Below, in pieces: positions 38,501 through 50,700 of a DNA stretch of 64,000 bases. The notes below the pieces were generated by a model. It searched no databases and was not told the DNA's origin. It saw nothing but the letters and a program-made list of their open reading frames with translations. How positions within the stretch are numbered: the first letter of the stretch is position 1; each line of letters starts with the position of its first letter. Made by a program: the position numbers and the translations under genes. Origin of the DNA: Lytechinus pictus (Eukaryota); contig NC_087248.1 of NCBI RefSeq assembly GCF_037042905.1, positions 6,014,001 to 6,078,000 on the forward strand, in the 5' to 3' direction.

Positions 38501-41500
38501 GTCGTCATGAATCGATGGAAAATAATGACTTATGAGGGACGAATCGATTCAAGCGAAATCTGTGTCATATTCACATTGATAGAAACGAAAATAAGCGTTC
38601 TTTTTGTGCTTTGAGCTGATAACATCTTTCCTTAGAACAACATTTAAGTGGAGACTGAATCGGTAAAAAAAAATGGAATTATCCACATAATATTCACAAA
38701 CATGTTCTGAGAGCTTTAAAAATGAAATATGTATTTAAACAGAGACGTGCGTGAGTGACATGTCAAAGGTGTAATAAGGGGAAAGAAGGGCAGAAGGTGC
38801 GAAAAATATGTAAAAATTAAGGAGAAATAAACAAAACTAGTCTTAACAGCCATTAAAGGGTAGACATTTTCGCATACATTCGTTATTCCGAAGCTTCGTT
38901 ATTCCGAAGGTTCGGATATTCCGAAGGATCGTTATTCCGAATGTTCGTATTTCCGAAGGTTCGTAATTCCGAAGGTTCGTTAGTCCGAAAACGAAATGAG
39001 GTTCGTAATTTTGAAGGTTCGTTAGTCCAAAAACGAAGTGAGGTTCGTAATTTCGAAGGTTCGTTAATCCGAAAACGAAATGAGGTTCGTAATTCCGAAG
39101 GTTCGTTAGTCCGAAAACGAAATGATTAACGAACCTTATTTCGTTTTCGGACTAACGAACCTTCGGAACTACGAACCTTATTTCGTTTTCGGATTAACGA
39201 ACCTTCGGAACAACGAACCTCATTTCGTTTTCGGATTAACGAACCTTCTGAACATCGAACCTTATTTCGTTTTCGGATTATCAAACCTTCGGAATAACGA
39301 ACCTTCGGAATAACGCTACAAATGTTCGGATTAACGAACTCTTTTACGTTTTCGGATTAACGAACATCGAGGTATAGGCAATTTACGTGTTTCGGAATTA
39401 CGAACCTTCGGAATTACGAACCTTCGGAATTACGAAGTGTAACCGACATTTTTATATAGATCGGTCTCGTTGCTACCTCGCAAGAACTGCATAATTTCGT
39501 GACCCAGTAGAATATTATGAAGCTATACACCTCTTCATAGGCATGATGGGAGGTTAGAATTTGAAGCATTTTAAGATTATAATTTAAGCTGAAATCATTC
39601 TAACCTCTGAGTGCAGCAAATGCGCAGACCAAAAAAAACCCAGAAAATTAACAGAGAGATTTGAAGAAAAATCAAATCTTTGAAATATACATCAGAAAAG
39701 AAGCATCTCAGGCTTTGAAATACAAATTCCAGGAGCTCGGTAACTTTGCATTCTTGCTGATCGAAATGAGACCTAAGTATTTGTCAAGGATTTTATCTAT
39801 TTTACTGCTAGTCGGGAAGTGGGCAACGTCAATAAATAATGCCTAGATACGCCACTGGTGCATGATGTAGTATTAGTATAACACTAAATGTTTATCGAAA
39901 TTGTAGCTCAAGTTCCACTCGAACTCAACTTCAAAACCGTTCAATGTCGATCGCTTTACCGACCAATAAACATCCATACCTGTACGACAACTATACTGGT
40001 ATCTCTTAAATATGTCCTTCCGTCCGGTCCAATCCGAGTTACCATCGGTCGTTGGAGGATAGGTTCAATATTAGGATCAATCGTAACTGGTTCTATCGAC
40101 GACCAGTAATCGACGCTCTGTTGGTTCTCGTAAGTGTAAGTGTTCGGATCCCGTTTCGACGTTGATCGGGAAATCAGTTTCTTAAATCGGCCTTTCTTTG
40201 GGGATCCTCGGGAATGTTCGGGCGATGGGGAGGTGGCTGTCGAGGTTTGGGGCATGAGATTTGCGTCATGCTGTTGATAGTTCGGTTTGACTGTTGTGTG
40301 TGAGATGGTAGCGGGTTGGTCTGACTGGTATTGCGGGGTCGTTCCTGCTTCATCGTAACCGACATCATCGACGTCGGTTCTTTTCCTGTACACGCCTTGT
40401 CCTGGTGATTTCGGGTCGTGTTTGGGGTTTTCACCACTCCTCTTCCGAGCTAATTCCTCCATCGTCTCTTCATACGATGGCGGAACTGCAAAATAAAAGG
40501 GAAAACAAAAAGTAATAAACGAAGAAAAAAGGAAGAGAAACAAACGATAAGCACAAATATTTATGTTTGTTTTCATATTGATATAATATATGAAAATTTG
40601 TATGCATGAATTGAATTTGGGGATAGACCTACTGGCGTATCTTTCATTGGCATAGTATATCATATTGTTTACATACGTGGCAGAATCAGGAGATATAAAA
40701 AAGAGTTGACATCATGGTAGGAATGGTAAAAAGGAAGGATGTGACACCAAGATCAACAAATAACAAGTGGAATGCCTCTGGCCGTCTCACCTGCATCACG
40801 CGATTCAATATAGCAGCAGTGCTGATTTTGAAAACTACTATAACTCGCACAAGATGTTCAGTGATACTCGGTTACTCTTATTTCCACGTTTTATTAACTA
40901 GACCAATACACTTATAGAGATATGATGGCAATTCAACAAATACCCCCAACGTGGCCAAAGTTCTTTGACCTTACATGACCTTTGACCTTGATCATGTGAC
41001 CTGAAACTCGCACAGGATGTTCAGTGATACTTGATTACTATTATGTCCAAGTTTTATGAACTAGACCAACACACTTTCAAATTAATGGCTGTAATTCAAC
41101 AAATACCCCAATTTGGCCAAAGTTCATTGACCCTAAATGACCTTTGACCTTGATCATGTGACCTGAAACTTGCATAGGATGTTCAGTAATACTTGATTAC
41201 TATTATGTCCAAGTTTCATGAATCAGATCCATAAAATTTCAAAGTTATGATGGTAATTCAACAGATACCCCCAATTCGGCCAAAGTTCATTGACCCTAAA
41301 TGACCTTTGACCTTGGTCATGTGATGTGAAACTCATGCAGGATGTTTAGTGATACTTGATTAACCTTATGTATAAGTTTCATGAACTAGGTCCATATATT
41401 TTTTAAGTTATGATGACATTTCAAAAACTTAACCTTAGGTTAAGATTTTGATGTTGATTCCCCCAACATGGTCTAAGTTCATTGACCCTAAATGACCTTT

Positions 41501-42134
41501 GACCTTGGTCATGTGACATGAAACTCAGGCAGGATGTTCAGTAATACTTGATTAACCTTATGGCCAAGTTTCATGAACTAGGTCCATATACTTTCTAAGT
41601 TATGCTGTCATTTCAAAAACTTAACCTCAGGTTAAGATTTGGTGTTGACGCCGCCGCCGCCGTCGCCGCCGCCGTCGCCGTCGGAAAAGCGGCGCCTATA
41701 GTCTCACTCTGCTATGCAGGTGAGACAAAAATCACTGATCATGTTTCATAACAAAATCTCATGAAGCTATAACGTAACACAGCTTTGTCAATATCGTAAC
41801 ATATTGTCATCATAATGACAAAATCAATGTTTTATAGAAAGTGGTATTGTGGAATAATGACATTGAACAATTACACTGGTAGTACCTGGTACATTGTTTA
41901 TCAATGTCAGAATACTCGGATGAATCATAATACTCGGATGAATCAGATCCCGTTCTCATATAGGATGCTCTAATGAAAGACTTCATTATTCTGATAAACA
42001 TGATAAATGTACTAACCAATAAGCAGAGTTACGGAAAGGAAGGAAAACTTGAAAACGGTTGGAGTAGAATCGGCGTAATAGTCGTAGCAGTACGGGTAGT
42101 ATTGGTCGTAATAATAGTAGTAGTGGTGGTAGTG

Positions 42135-42177
<43 letters not shown>

Positions 42178-42531
42178 AATTAGAATTAGTAGTAGTATAG
42201 TCGTAGTAGTAGTAGTAATAGTAGTAGCAGGAGTAGTAGTAGTAGTAGAAGTAGTAGTAGTAGTAGTAGTGGTGGTAGTGGAGGTATAGCAGTANNNNNN
42301 NNNNNNNNNNNNNNNNNNNNNNNNNNNNNNNNNNNNNNNNNNNNNNNNNNNNNNNNNNNNNNNNNNNNNNNNNNNNNNNNNNNNNNNNNNNNNNNNNNNN
42401 NNNNNNNNNNNNNNNNNNNNNNNNNNNNNNNNNNNNNGGAGTAGTAGTAGTAGTAGTAGAAGTAGTAGTAGTAGTAGTGGTGGTGGTGGAGGTATAGCAG
42501 TAGTATAGTAGCAGCAGTGGTGGTAGTAGTG

Positions 42532-42582
<51 letters not shown>

Positions 42583-45092
42583 TAAGTGGTNNNNNNNNNN
42601 NNNNNNNNNNNNNNNNNNNNNNNNNNNNNNNNNNNNNNNNNNNNNNNNNNNNNNNNNNNNNNNNNNNNNNNNNNNNNNNNNNNNNNNNNNNNNNNNNNNN
42701 NNNNNNNNNNNNNNNNNNNNNNNNNNNNNNNNNNNNNNNNNNNNNNNNNNNNNNNNNNNTTGTAATTGTAGTAGTAGTAGTAGTGGTGGTGGTGGTGGTG
42801 TAGTCCTAGTAGAAGTATAGTAGTAGGCCAACTAGTTGTAGCATGGTGCTAATGATAGTACATGTAGCTGTAATTGTTTTCTTTTATCATACATGTAGTA
42901 GACATGTAGGCAGCAGTAGCAATATAAAGTAAGTATATAACTTAAGTTTATAGAAAAAGTATTTTTTGTTCTAGAAGCAGTAGTTATATTTGTGTGTGCT
43001 GACGTACATAATCTACAGTATAGTAGGAAGACAAACAACATAATTAATGGTGTTCAACATTATCATCATACTCCAATACTTACATTATCAAAATCTAAAA
43101 ACGATATTACTGACGCAGTACGGTGGCCACGGGAAGCTAATGTTGTCCCGGCAAAACGCAATCCCACATACACCCAGCAAAATCACTAGGAACACTGCCA
43201 CAGATCGAGTGTATGGATCAAAATGGTAGATTTTCTCTGTAATCATCCGTGTTCCTATAAAATATCCTTCTTTTTTGGCTGCGCAGAGTAAATACAAATA
43301 TGTTTTGATACAATAACTTGGCACATTGGCAAGGTCGTGCTATTGAACGAATTCACTGCGGTTTGTTCAAACACAAAACAATGGTAGCTAGTGGCATTAT
43401 ATCAATATAATCTCTGAATTAAAGTCAGTCCTAGTAGTAGATTATCGTATCCAGTCTGAACGTCTGGAATGTATTAGGACAGAGTATGTTAGAGACTGAG
43501 TTAAAAAAGAATAAAAACATTACAACAAACGGATATGAACACAAAACCGCACGGTGACAAAAGTGTCAAGGTCTGCTGCAGTTGACTTGATATTCTAATG
43601 ATCCAAGTTCAAATTAGTAGGTACATAGCTTACGTGAGTAATAACAGTATCGAGTAATGAACCCAGTTATATTGCGATAAAACATTGGTACAATTATTTT
43701 TAAAGTCTATGATTTGAATCGCATTACGACTGTACCAACATAAAATTCTGGAAATGAAATGGGGGAAAAAGCCGAAATAAAAAGGCAAAAGCAAATGAAA
43801 ACAAAATATCATTTTAAAATGATTACATAACAACGAATTTGAATGTCAATTCTAGAGAGATATACTAGACACGATACGCAATGTGAATTAAAACTAAGAA
43901 AAAAAATTGTGATAATTGACCCTTCCAAAAAGAGGAGAATGTTAATAGATTATCAATATACTGTTTGCTTCATTAACAGCGTATAGTTTTTTTTTCAATT
44001 TAATGTGTTCAGCCCTCTTGATCAGTGGTGCTTTGTCATATACATTTATAACTGGGAAATATATAATATTTCATAATAATTGCAACATCCTTTGAGTATT
44101 ATAAGTGTGTCATCCACCTGATTTTTTTAAAGGACCTCCTTTAAAGGGTCACTCATGGTTTTTAAAAGGGGGGGGTAGTCTGTGTTTGAGGGGAGACTTG
44201 ACAAAAGAGAAAGGTGGTAGTTTTAAAGAATTTGAACATGGAATGATAAAGTTATGGTTATTTTATCTAAAAATGATGTTACTTATACTGTTTACTCTTT
44301 AGTAGATTGTGGTATGAAAAACTTTCCCATTTATCATGCATTCTACTTTCCATCACAAGTGTTCTAGATCAGGGCTATAGATATAATTATTAATCCAAAC
44401 CTCCATATTTTTTTTTTTTTTCAATTTTAGCGGGGGTACATAAATTATGGAACTCGTGCCAAATAGTCCGTAGCCCGACACTCCTTGTAATGTGACCAGC
44501 GGAGAGGCCCAATATAGTGTTAGATTCATACAAAATAGTATTCAGGCTTTGATTGTGTTCGAAATCACGCAGTATTGCCTACTTGCCCCATTGGAAATAT
44601 GATGTTTCACACTGAATTCAATTCATCTAACAGTTACTCCGTTCAGTAAAATATATATGTTAAATTGGCTTAATGTTTTTTTATAGGAAGTTTGATCATG
44701 ACCTTTTGCAGCTGTGCTTTTCTGTCTAGGTCAAATAAATTATATGTTAAAAAGAGATTTCTAAGAAAACTTATCTCATTTTTATGACTCTGGGTGTCTT
44801 ACATACAAACGAAGAGCTCACGTGTTTATATTTATTACCTCATATCTATTTGAAGTACCAAGTATGTAATTCGTTATTTTAGGGTCATGATGCAAATGGC
44901 ACTTGCATTCTTAATGTTTTTACGATTATTATGTGAAATCATATTGTCAGGAATAATAACACAAAATTTTAGACATATGGTTACATTTTCGTTCAATCAT
45001 TTTAATCTGGGTGCCTATATAACATGTGGGATAAAATGATATTGAAAATGAATGTACCCACCTCTCCTCCCTGAGCGTTTGGATGATGCCAT
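35563..45092 (-). CDS. CD225/dispanin family (IFITM/PRRT1/TRARG1-like) membrane protein, ~288 aa; exons 45092-45062 (tentative), 40485-39980, 37834-37697, 35754-35563
   Basis: Spliced product MASSKRSGRR-VPPSYEETM...DTSIVVVQ-PEDHETPNTQKVVERPIRPNDYMWYSFVGMAFCFIFGIFSLIRSKE-VPVKFEAGDYEGAQKSSTSARNWGTLALISGAVIIIVFLFLLFVSPCPLTRTLQFQGICPEGV*. The P.DY..hydrophobic-C..G..S..GD.EGA..S..A-TM pattern is the CD225 signature; all junctions are GT-AG and in phase. The first exon (aagcATGG, AG|gtgggt) is less certain. Confidence 0.8.
36502..37655 (+). mobile_element. Helentron/DINE-1-like (HINE/pearl-type) non-autonomous element with ~5 internal 163-bp tandem repeats
   Basis: Starts in a T run with tgtctcgcctgca, (GGC)n microsatellite, repeat units starting at 36643, 36806, 36969, 37132 and 37295, and the subterminal inverted repeat tgcaggcgagac before a terminal cttgtt. 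Confidence 0.75.
38875..39445. mobile_element. Foldback MITE-like element made of inverted arrays of 14/42-bp units (gttcgtaattccgaag)
   Basis: Left arm (ggttcgt.attccgaa)n and right arm (ttcggaat.acgaacc)n, symmetry centre ~39125. Confidence 0.75.
40762..41731 (-). mobile_element. Second copy of the 163-bp-repeat Helentron/DINE-like element, opposite orientation
   Basis: Ends aacaagtggaatgcctctggccgtctcacctgcat and gctatgcaggtgagacaaaaa are reverse complements of the ends of 36502-37655. Confidence 0.75.
42060..42830. repeat. (GTA)n microsatellite with two assembly gaps
   Basis: Visible trinucleotide array. Confidence 0.9.
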
Positions 45093-47727
45093 GCTTGAGA
45101 TTCAATGCTGGGGGTATGTCGCAATGAAAAGAATTATAATCATAATGAGTTTATGGCTTAAAATATCCGGAGGTCGTATCATAATATGATGCATCCCTTG
45201 TCAAATAACCGTTGCATGGCGATGAATAGAGATGTTTACAAACGTCTGTTCATGTGGACTCAGCATTCGTTTGCTACTGATACTATACTGTGTGAAGAAC
45301 GAAAACGATTTACAGCGCTAAATCATGTAAATGTCTGTTCTTAAGGGTTCTTAGGAGCTGAGTATTGGTAGCTTCTGCTAGCTGCATCGGTTTCCCTCGG
45401 TTATTATGAGACCAAAATAGTATCACAATTCGGCAATATTTCATGCTACAAATGCTGCACATGAGTACATCCTTGCACCAAGCTAGCGATCTAGGCACTC
45501 CACCACGATATTCTGAACGGCAAAGGAATGGAACATTAATATGATGTACAACTGGTCGTGAAATCTATCGGTATTATGTTGCCTAGTACCACGGGTTCAC
45601 ATGTTAAACGTGCTGCATTCCGCTAAAAATAGTAATTCATAAGCGATATTATCCATCAGTATACTGCTGCTGATAGAGAGTGGCCGACTTTCCTTCTGCA
45701 GAAAGAATGTAATTCCTGAACAGAAAGCCTTCAACTCGCTCGGGGCGTTCAGTAGCCATGAAATGCACAATACACACTGAGAGCGACAAGGAGAGTCAAT
45801 ACAATAATGACAATAGGTGACGTATCGTCACCCCTGACTGAAGATCGTCAATAAAAGTGAAGCGTTGACCCCGCCCAGCTTTAAACGTGCCTGACTATCC
45901 AGGTTCTTTCCCAACATTGGACTAGATGTTTAATTCTTACACTTCCCTGGTTACTCACACTCGTTCGTATTTTATATCAGAATATTACAATTTAGCTGAG
46001 ACAAAGAACCGTTATCTGATCTAAACGATCTGCACTACACATTACAAATCGGACGCATCCGAGCATTAATCAACAATTCATTCTACAACGCGATCTACAT
46101 GTAGGCCCTTTTTCAATCCGATGTTTCAGCAAAAGAATTGACGAAAATGCGATTAGATAGCTTCAAAGACCCTTTTATGCTATATGATCGCATTTAGGTC
46201 ACTGTGTTTGCTAAAATATCAGACTGGAAAAAAAAATCTTTATTATATTGATAGAGTGCTATCATATATCTTGAACATATTTTTATCATGGAGAACAATG
46301 CAAATTCATTTTAAATTCAAACTAAATTAAAAGCTCAATATGCCGTCTGATTGTCAAAGCTTTACATTTCGAGTTTGCAGGAAACTGACAAAACTTGAAA
46401 GCGTTTAGAAACTTCGAAACTTCTCACTTCCGCCGACGAGCAACGGGGTATTTTGTGAGGTGTCCATTATTCTAACGAATTGTGTAGGCCAGCACTACAT
46501 CGTAACCTATAAACAATTTTTAAAAGGAAAAAAATATCAATTTCATTGATTAAAATATTGGAAATCCCTGAATATAGGGGAGGAAGGGAAAATTGTTTTA
46601 AAATATTTCATTATCAAATCGTTCATTTCATCCATAACAAACGGTGGGAGTTAGATTATATCATATTTTATTCTTAAAACTTTTTAATTCTTCCTCCTCA
46701 TCCTCCTCATTTAGGAAGGGGGCTTCATGAGAGGGTAAAAATGTGTCTTGCTCCCTCACCACTTTTTAACAGCCCCTCCCTCTTCCAGTGTCCCTGCTTA
46801 TGTACACAGACATTCTCTCTAGCTATCACGGTTCCATGGCATTTGATCTAGCGACAATCGCTCGGCAGCAAATTCCACACATACTAATGGATGACCAAAT
46901 TCATCCCTGGGTTATACCCTATACCCTACCATAAAACCCTATTGTAACCGTTACCTTATATCACTTAGACGAAATAAAGTCGGAGCAAGTGTCGCCGGAG
47001 TAAATATCGTGTTACCCCCTACACACGCGCACCCACCCCCCCCCCACACACACACACAATAAACACACTCTAAATGTGTGATAGAGAAGGGGAAATGATT
47101 ATATTCACGTATTTTGATCGAGAATATACATATTTCCAGGCTCATTTGCGTAACATTGTCACATGTTCATGTCTAAAAATTATAGTCGTGTGACATTCTG
47201 CTTTTATATGCCTATGTCTCTGGGTCCCTGATTAGAATTATTTTTCTCGGAGGAGCAAAGTAAACGAAGCTCATGAATTCTGCGAGTATTATTTGTTTCA
47301 TTTAAACCTTGGTGTCCAGTAATAAATTGTTCATGATATAAAACTTGATGCCATAAGAACCTGCTTCCACGAACCCAAATGTGAAATTTACATTTGGGTT
47401 AGTGCACATTCAATGTGGCCGTCATTGTTTCGTCTGTTGGTTGAAAACTTGTTTCACGTAACACATGTATGTTTCTGTTATGTCCAATTACAGTATAGAG
47501 TACTTTGAAACTTTTATGACAATAATGGCTCATTATAAAAGGTTTATTTTCGTTCATTGACATCGTTGATGTCGAACAAGCTTCCAAAGAATTTTTACTA
47601 ATTTCATGTTCTAGCATGATTTAATAAAAGTACTTTTTGAGTGAGCAATTGACACTCCCCTAATGACTCTCACAAAAAGATAAACCTTCTAATAATTTAA
47701 TTCAATATGTATTATATATTTTTCCAG

Positions 47728-50700
47728 CACGCTTCGGTCCCTCTCCTCCATCTCTTCTTGACTTCTTGAAGAAAGTTTTAAGAGAATACACCGATGGACA
47801 AATAATGAAGGTGAGCATGTCAGAATATATTTACAGTGGCGTAACTACGGGGGGGGGGAATGGGGGGGCACGTGCCCCCCCCCCCCCCACCGGCTGGCTA
47901 AAAAAAAAAAAAAAAAAAAAAGGGGGAAAGGATAAAAAGAAGAAAGAAAGAGAAACGTAGTGGAGAAAAAGAAATTATTGTTTTTTATATATTATGATAT
48001 ATTTTATATATATTTCATCATATTAAATAAGATTTTTTTTCATAAATTTATGAAACATAGTTGGCTTAGGGCGTATAGGGCTAATGTGTTCATCATTTCT
48101 GGTGCGTGCATTGTCAGGGTAATGAGATATTGTATACATAAACCAGTTGTACTAACATCCCGTTTTCAAGTCAATATACACCAAATATATTTCCTCGCAC
48201 TTCGAGTATTTATTGTTTTATGTAGTTACATATGCTTTTATAATGACTTTTTCATGATTGCCCCCTTTTAAGGTATGAATATCAAACATTTCCTTCCGTG
48301 TTTACGTTCGCATTAGTGGACTGTCGAGATGCCTGCTCTTCATATAAAAAAAAATTCAGCTCGCGCTCGCATCATTTGGTTAGTGAAATACGTATGGTCT
48401 TGGTGAATTCCTACAAACAAGCCTTAGAATGCCCCTCTTCAGGTCTGAATTTCAAAAATTTTCAGCTCGCGCTTCGCGCTCGCAATACTGATTAGTCAGA
48501 TATGTATCATGTTCATGATTACAATGACTTCAAAAGGTGTTATATGGGTTAGGTGCAATTCTAACAAAATCAGCAAGCGCTTGCATGGCGCTCGCATCAG
48601 ATGACTATGGTTAGATATGTATACTCTCTATGAATTCCCTTAAACAGTCCTTAAATGTCCCTTTTTGGGGTCAATACATACACAAAAATTTCAGCTCGCG
48701 CTTCGCGCTCGCGTTGTTTGTTTTGTGAAAGAGGTACGTATCATGATTACAAAAAATTGCTTATAATATCCTTTATTAGGTCTGAATATCAAAAATTTTG
48801 AGCTCGCGCTTCGCGCACGCATTATTTGATAAGTGAGATACATGTCCGTTTAATGGCACCGTCCATAAAATATCTCTATTAGGTCAGTATACCTGGAAAA
48901 TGAGCGCGCTTTGCGCGCCTACTAAGTGACACAACATTTTTGTTGGTGACCCCCCCCCCCCCCCATGCCATGACCCACGGTACGCCACTGTGTATATATA
49001 TATATATATATATATCTATATATTTATGCACATATACCTCCACATTATTTATTCATTGTATACTAATAATGGAAAGGGTCATAGTATAATGATCTCATTA
49101 TTAATGATTATAAATAATGGGAATGAGTAATAGTGACAATCACTAGAATAAGAAAATAAACGTCATTAAATTGGTAAGCTATATGACACAGCTAATTCAG
49201 TGAACAACTAAAAGTCATTTTGATGTGATATTGATCAGCTATCATTTTTATGCAATAAATTATTAAGGAGCTTAAAAATAACAAGTTTTTGTGTTCAATA
49301 CAATTTCAGATAAACGACTTACTCTTATTTACTTATAATGTAATAATTTTCCGGGTTTTTTTTAAATAACAAAGGAAATAGTACAAAATGCCGAGGACGC
49401 GGGAGCCAAGACAGTTCGCTTTCTCTATGACTGTCGCGAACATGGGACGAGTCGTCTTCATTGGCCTTCTCTCGCCCCATTCCAAGGCCGGGCTCTGTAC
49501 GCTTACAACGACGCCTTGTTCAAGGACAGAGACTGGGAGGGTATCCAGAGGCCAGCCAGAAGCAACAAGGAAGATAACCCACTCAAAGTTGGACGATTCG
49601 GTATCGGATTCAGCTCAGTCTACCATCTTACAGGTACTATGATACAGTCTGAGTGACCAATGAAACCGACTGCAGACCGATCTGTCATTGGAAATAACAA
49701 CATATTTGAATGGTCTGGAGTCGGTTTCACAACTGTCGTTAGAGAGCGTATCAAAGGTACACTCTTGCTCTTACGTGGTGTAACATCTATTTATCTACAA
49801 CCACTTCATTTTGACCATTTCGTCTAATTTCCATTCGACTACAAAACCGGTTTTTCTGGGCCTGGACGGATCCAGCAACAGCAAACACGTTCTTCACAAA
49901 GGCATCCTCTTTCAGCGTGACTGCTGAAGGATCTAAGAGGGGGTACAACATGCTCCATGATATTCTTTGTGCTCAAATTTGACTCAAAGAAAGGACGGGA
50001 CGTGCCTCGTGTGCTGGCCAGCCCCTAGACCTATACCAGAACTATCTGATATCTTGATCTTGTAATTTCAGGGGCGGAAAAATATCAAGGAAAAATTGAA
50101 AGAAAAGGAAATGTCACTAAATATTAAGGAAATTTTCTCCCACGTAATATTTGACAAGAAAAAAAGGACATCACTTGTGCATGAACGACAATATTCCCAT
50201 TAACAAAATAATTTCAATTTGCTGTGACTCTCAAGGGGGGGGGGTGGGGGCACAGGGTTTGAACGACATATTCATAGTAAAATATTGACTATAACTTTCA
50301 AAGGGGGGGGGCACGGGCCGGAAATTCTCCCACCAGCCCCCCCCCCCCCCTCCTGGATCCGCCACTGTCTAATATCAAGTTTAACAACCAGACTTTTTCT
50401 TGTAACGTACTCGGTTAAATAGTATGAAACGTTTCTTGGGGTTCGCAGCCTTTGCCTTCTTGGCTTCTACCTTCTTGGTCACCTTCTTGGGTGGATCTGA
50501 TTGGTTATAAGCCCTTATTGACACAGCTCATCTGGAAATTAGAACAAGTGGTTTTAGATAAAGTGTGTTGAACCAAATAGAAAATGCTTTGATATAACCG
50601 TTTCCCAATCTCACTTTCAAAATGAACATCAAATAATTTTCATTGTTAAAACCCAATATCCTTGTCCTAAATTATTTGGTGTACATTTCGATTATTCTGC

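Noticed and set aside
38875-39445. Regular short repeats resembling a CRISPR array, and the ORFs at 38941 and 39122
   Set aside because: No unique spacers, the arms are inverted, the context is eukaryotic and there are no cas genes; it is a foldback repeat and the ORFs are repeat translations.
43088-43760. Minus-strand exon-like segments (hydrophobic ORF 43088-43324; acceptor/donor-bounded block ~43634-43747)
   Set aside because: No recognisable homology; the first does not splice in phase to the dispanin exon at 40485. The second could be an alternative or UTR exon but cannot be supported from sequence alone.
45807-45816. Candidate sacsin start mini-exon ATG ACA ATA G|gtgacg
   Set aside because: The phase fits the 47728 exon, but the donor is weak and such a short match arises easily by chance.
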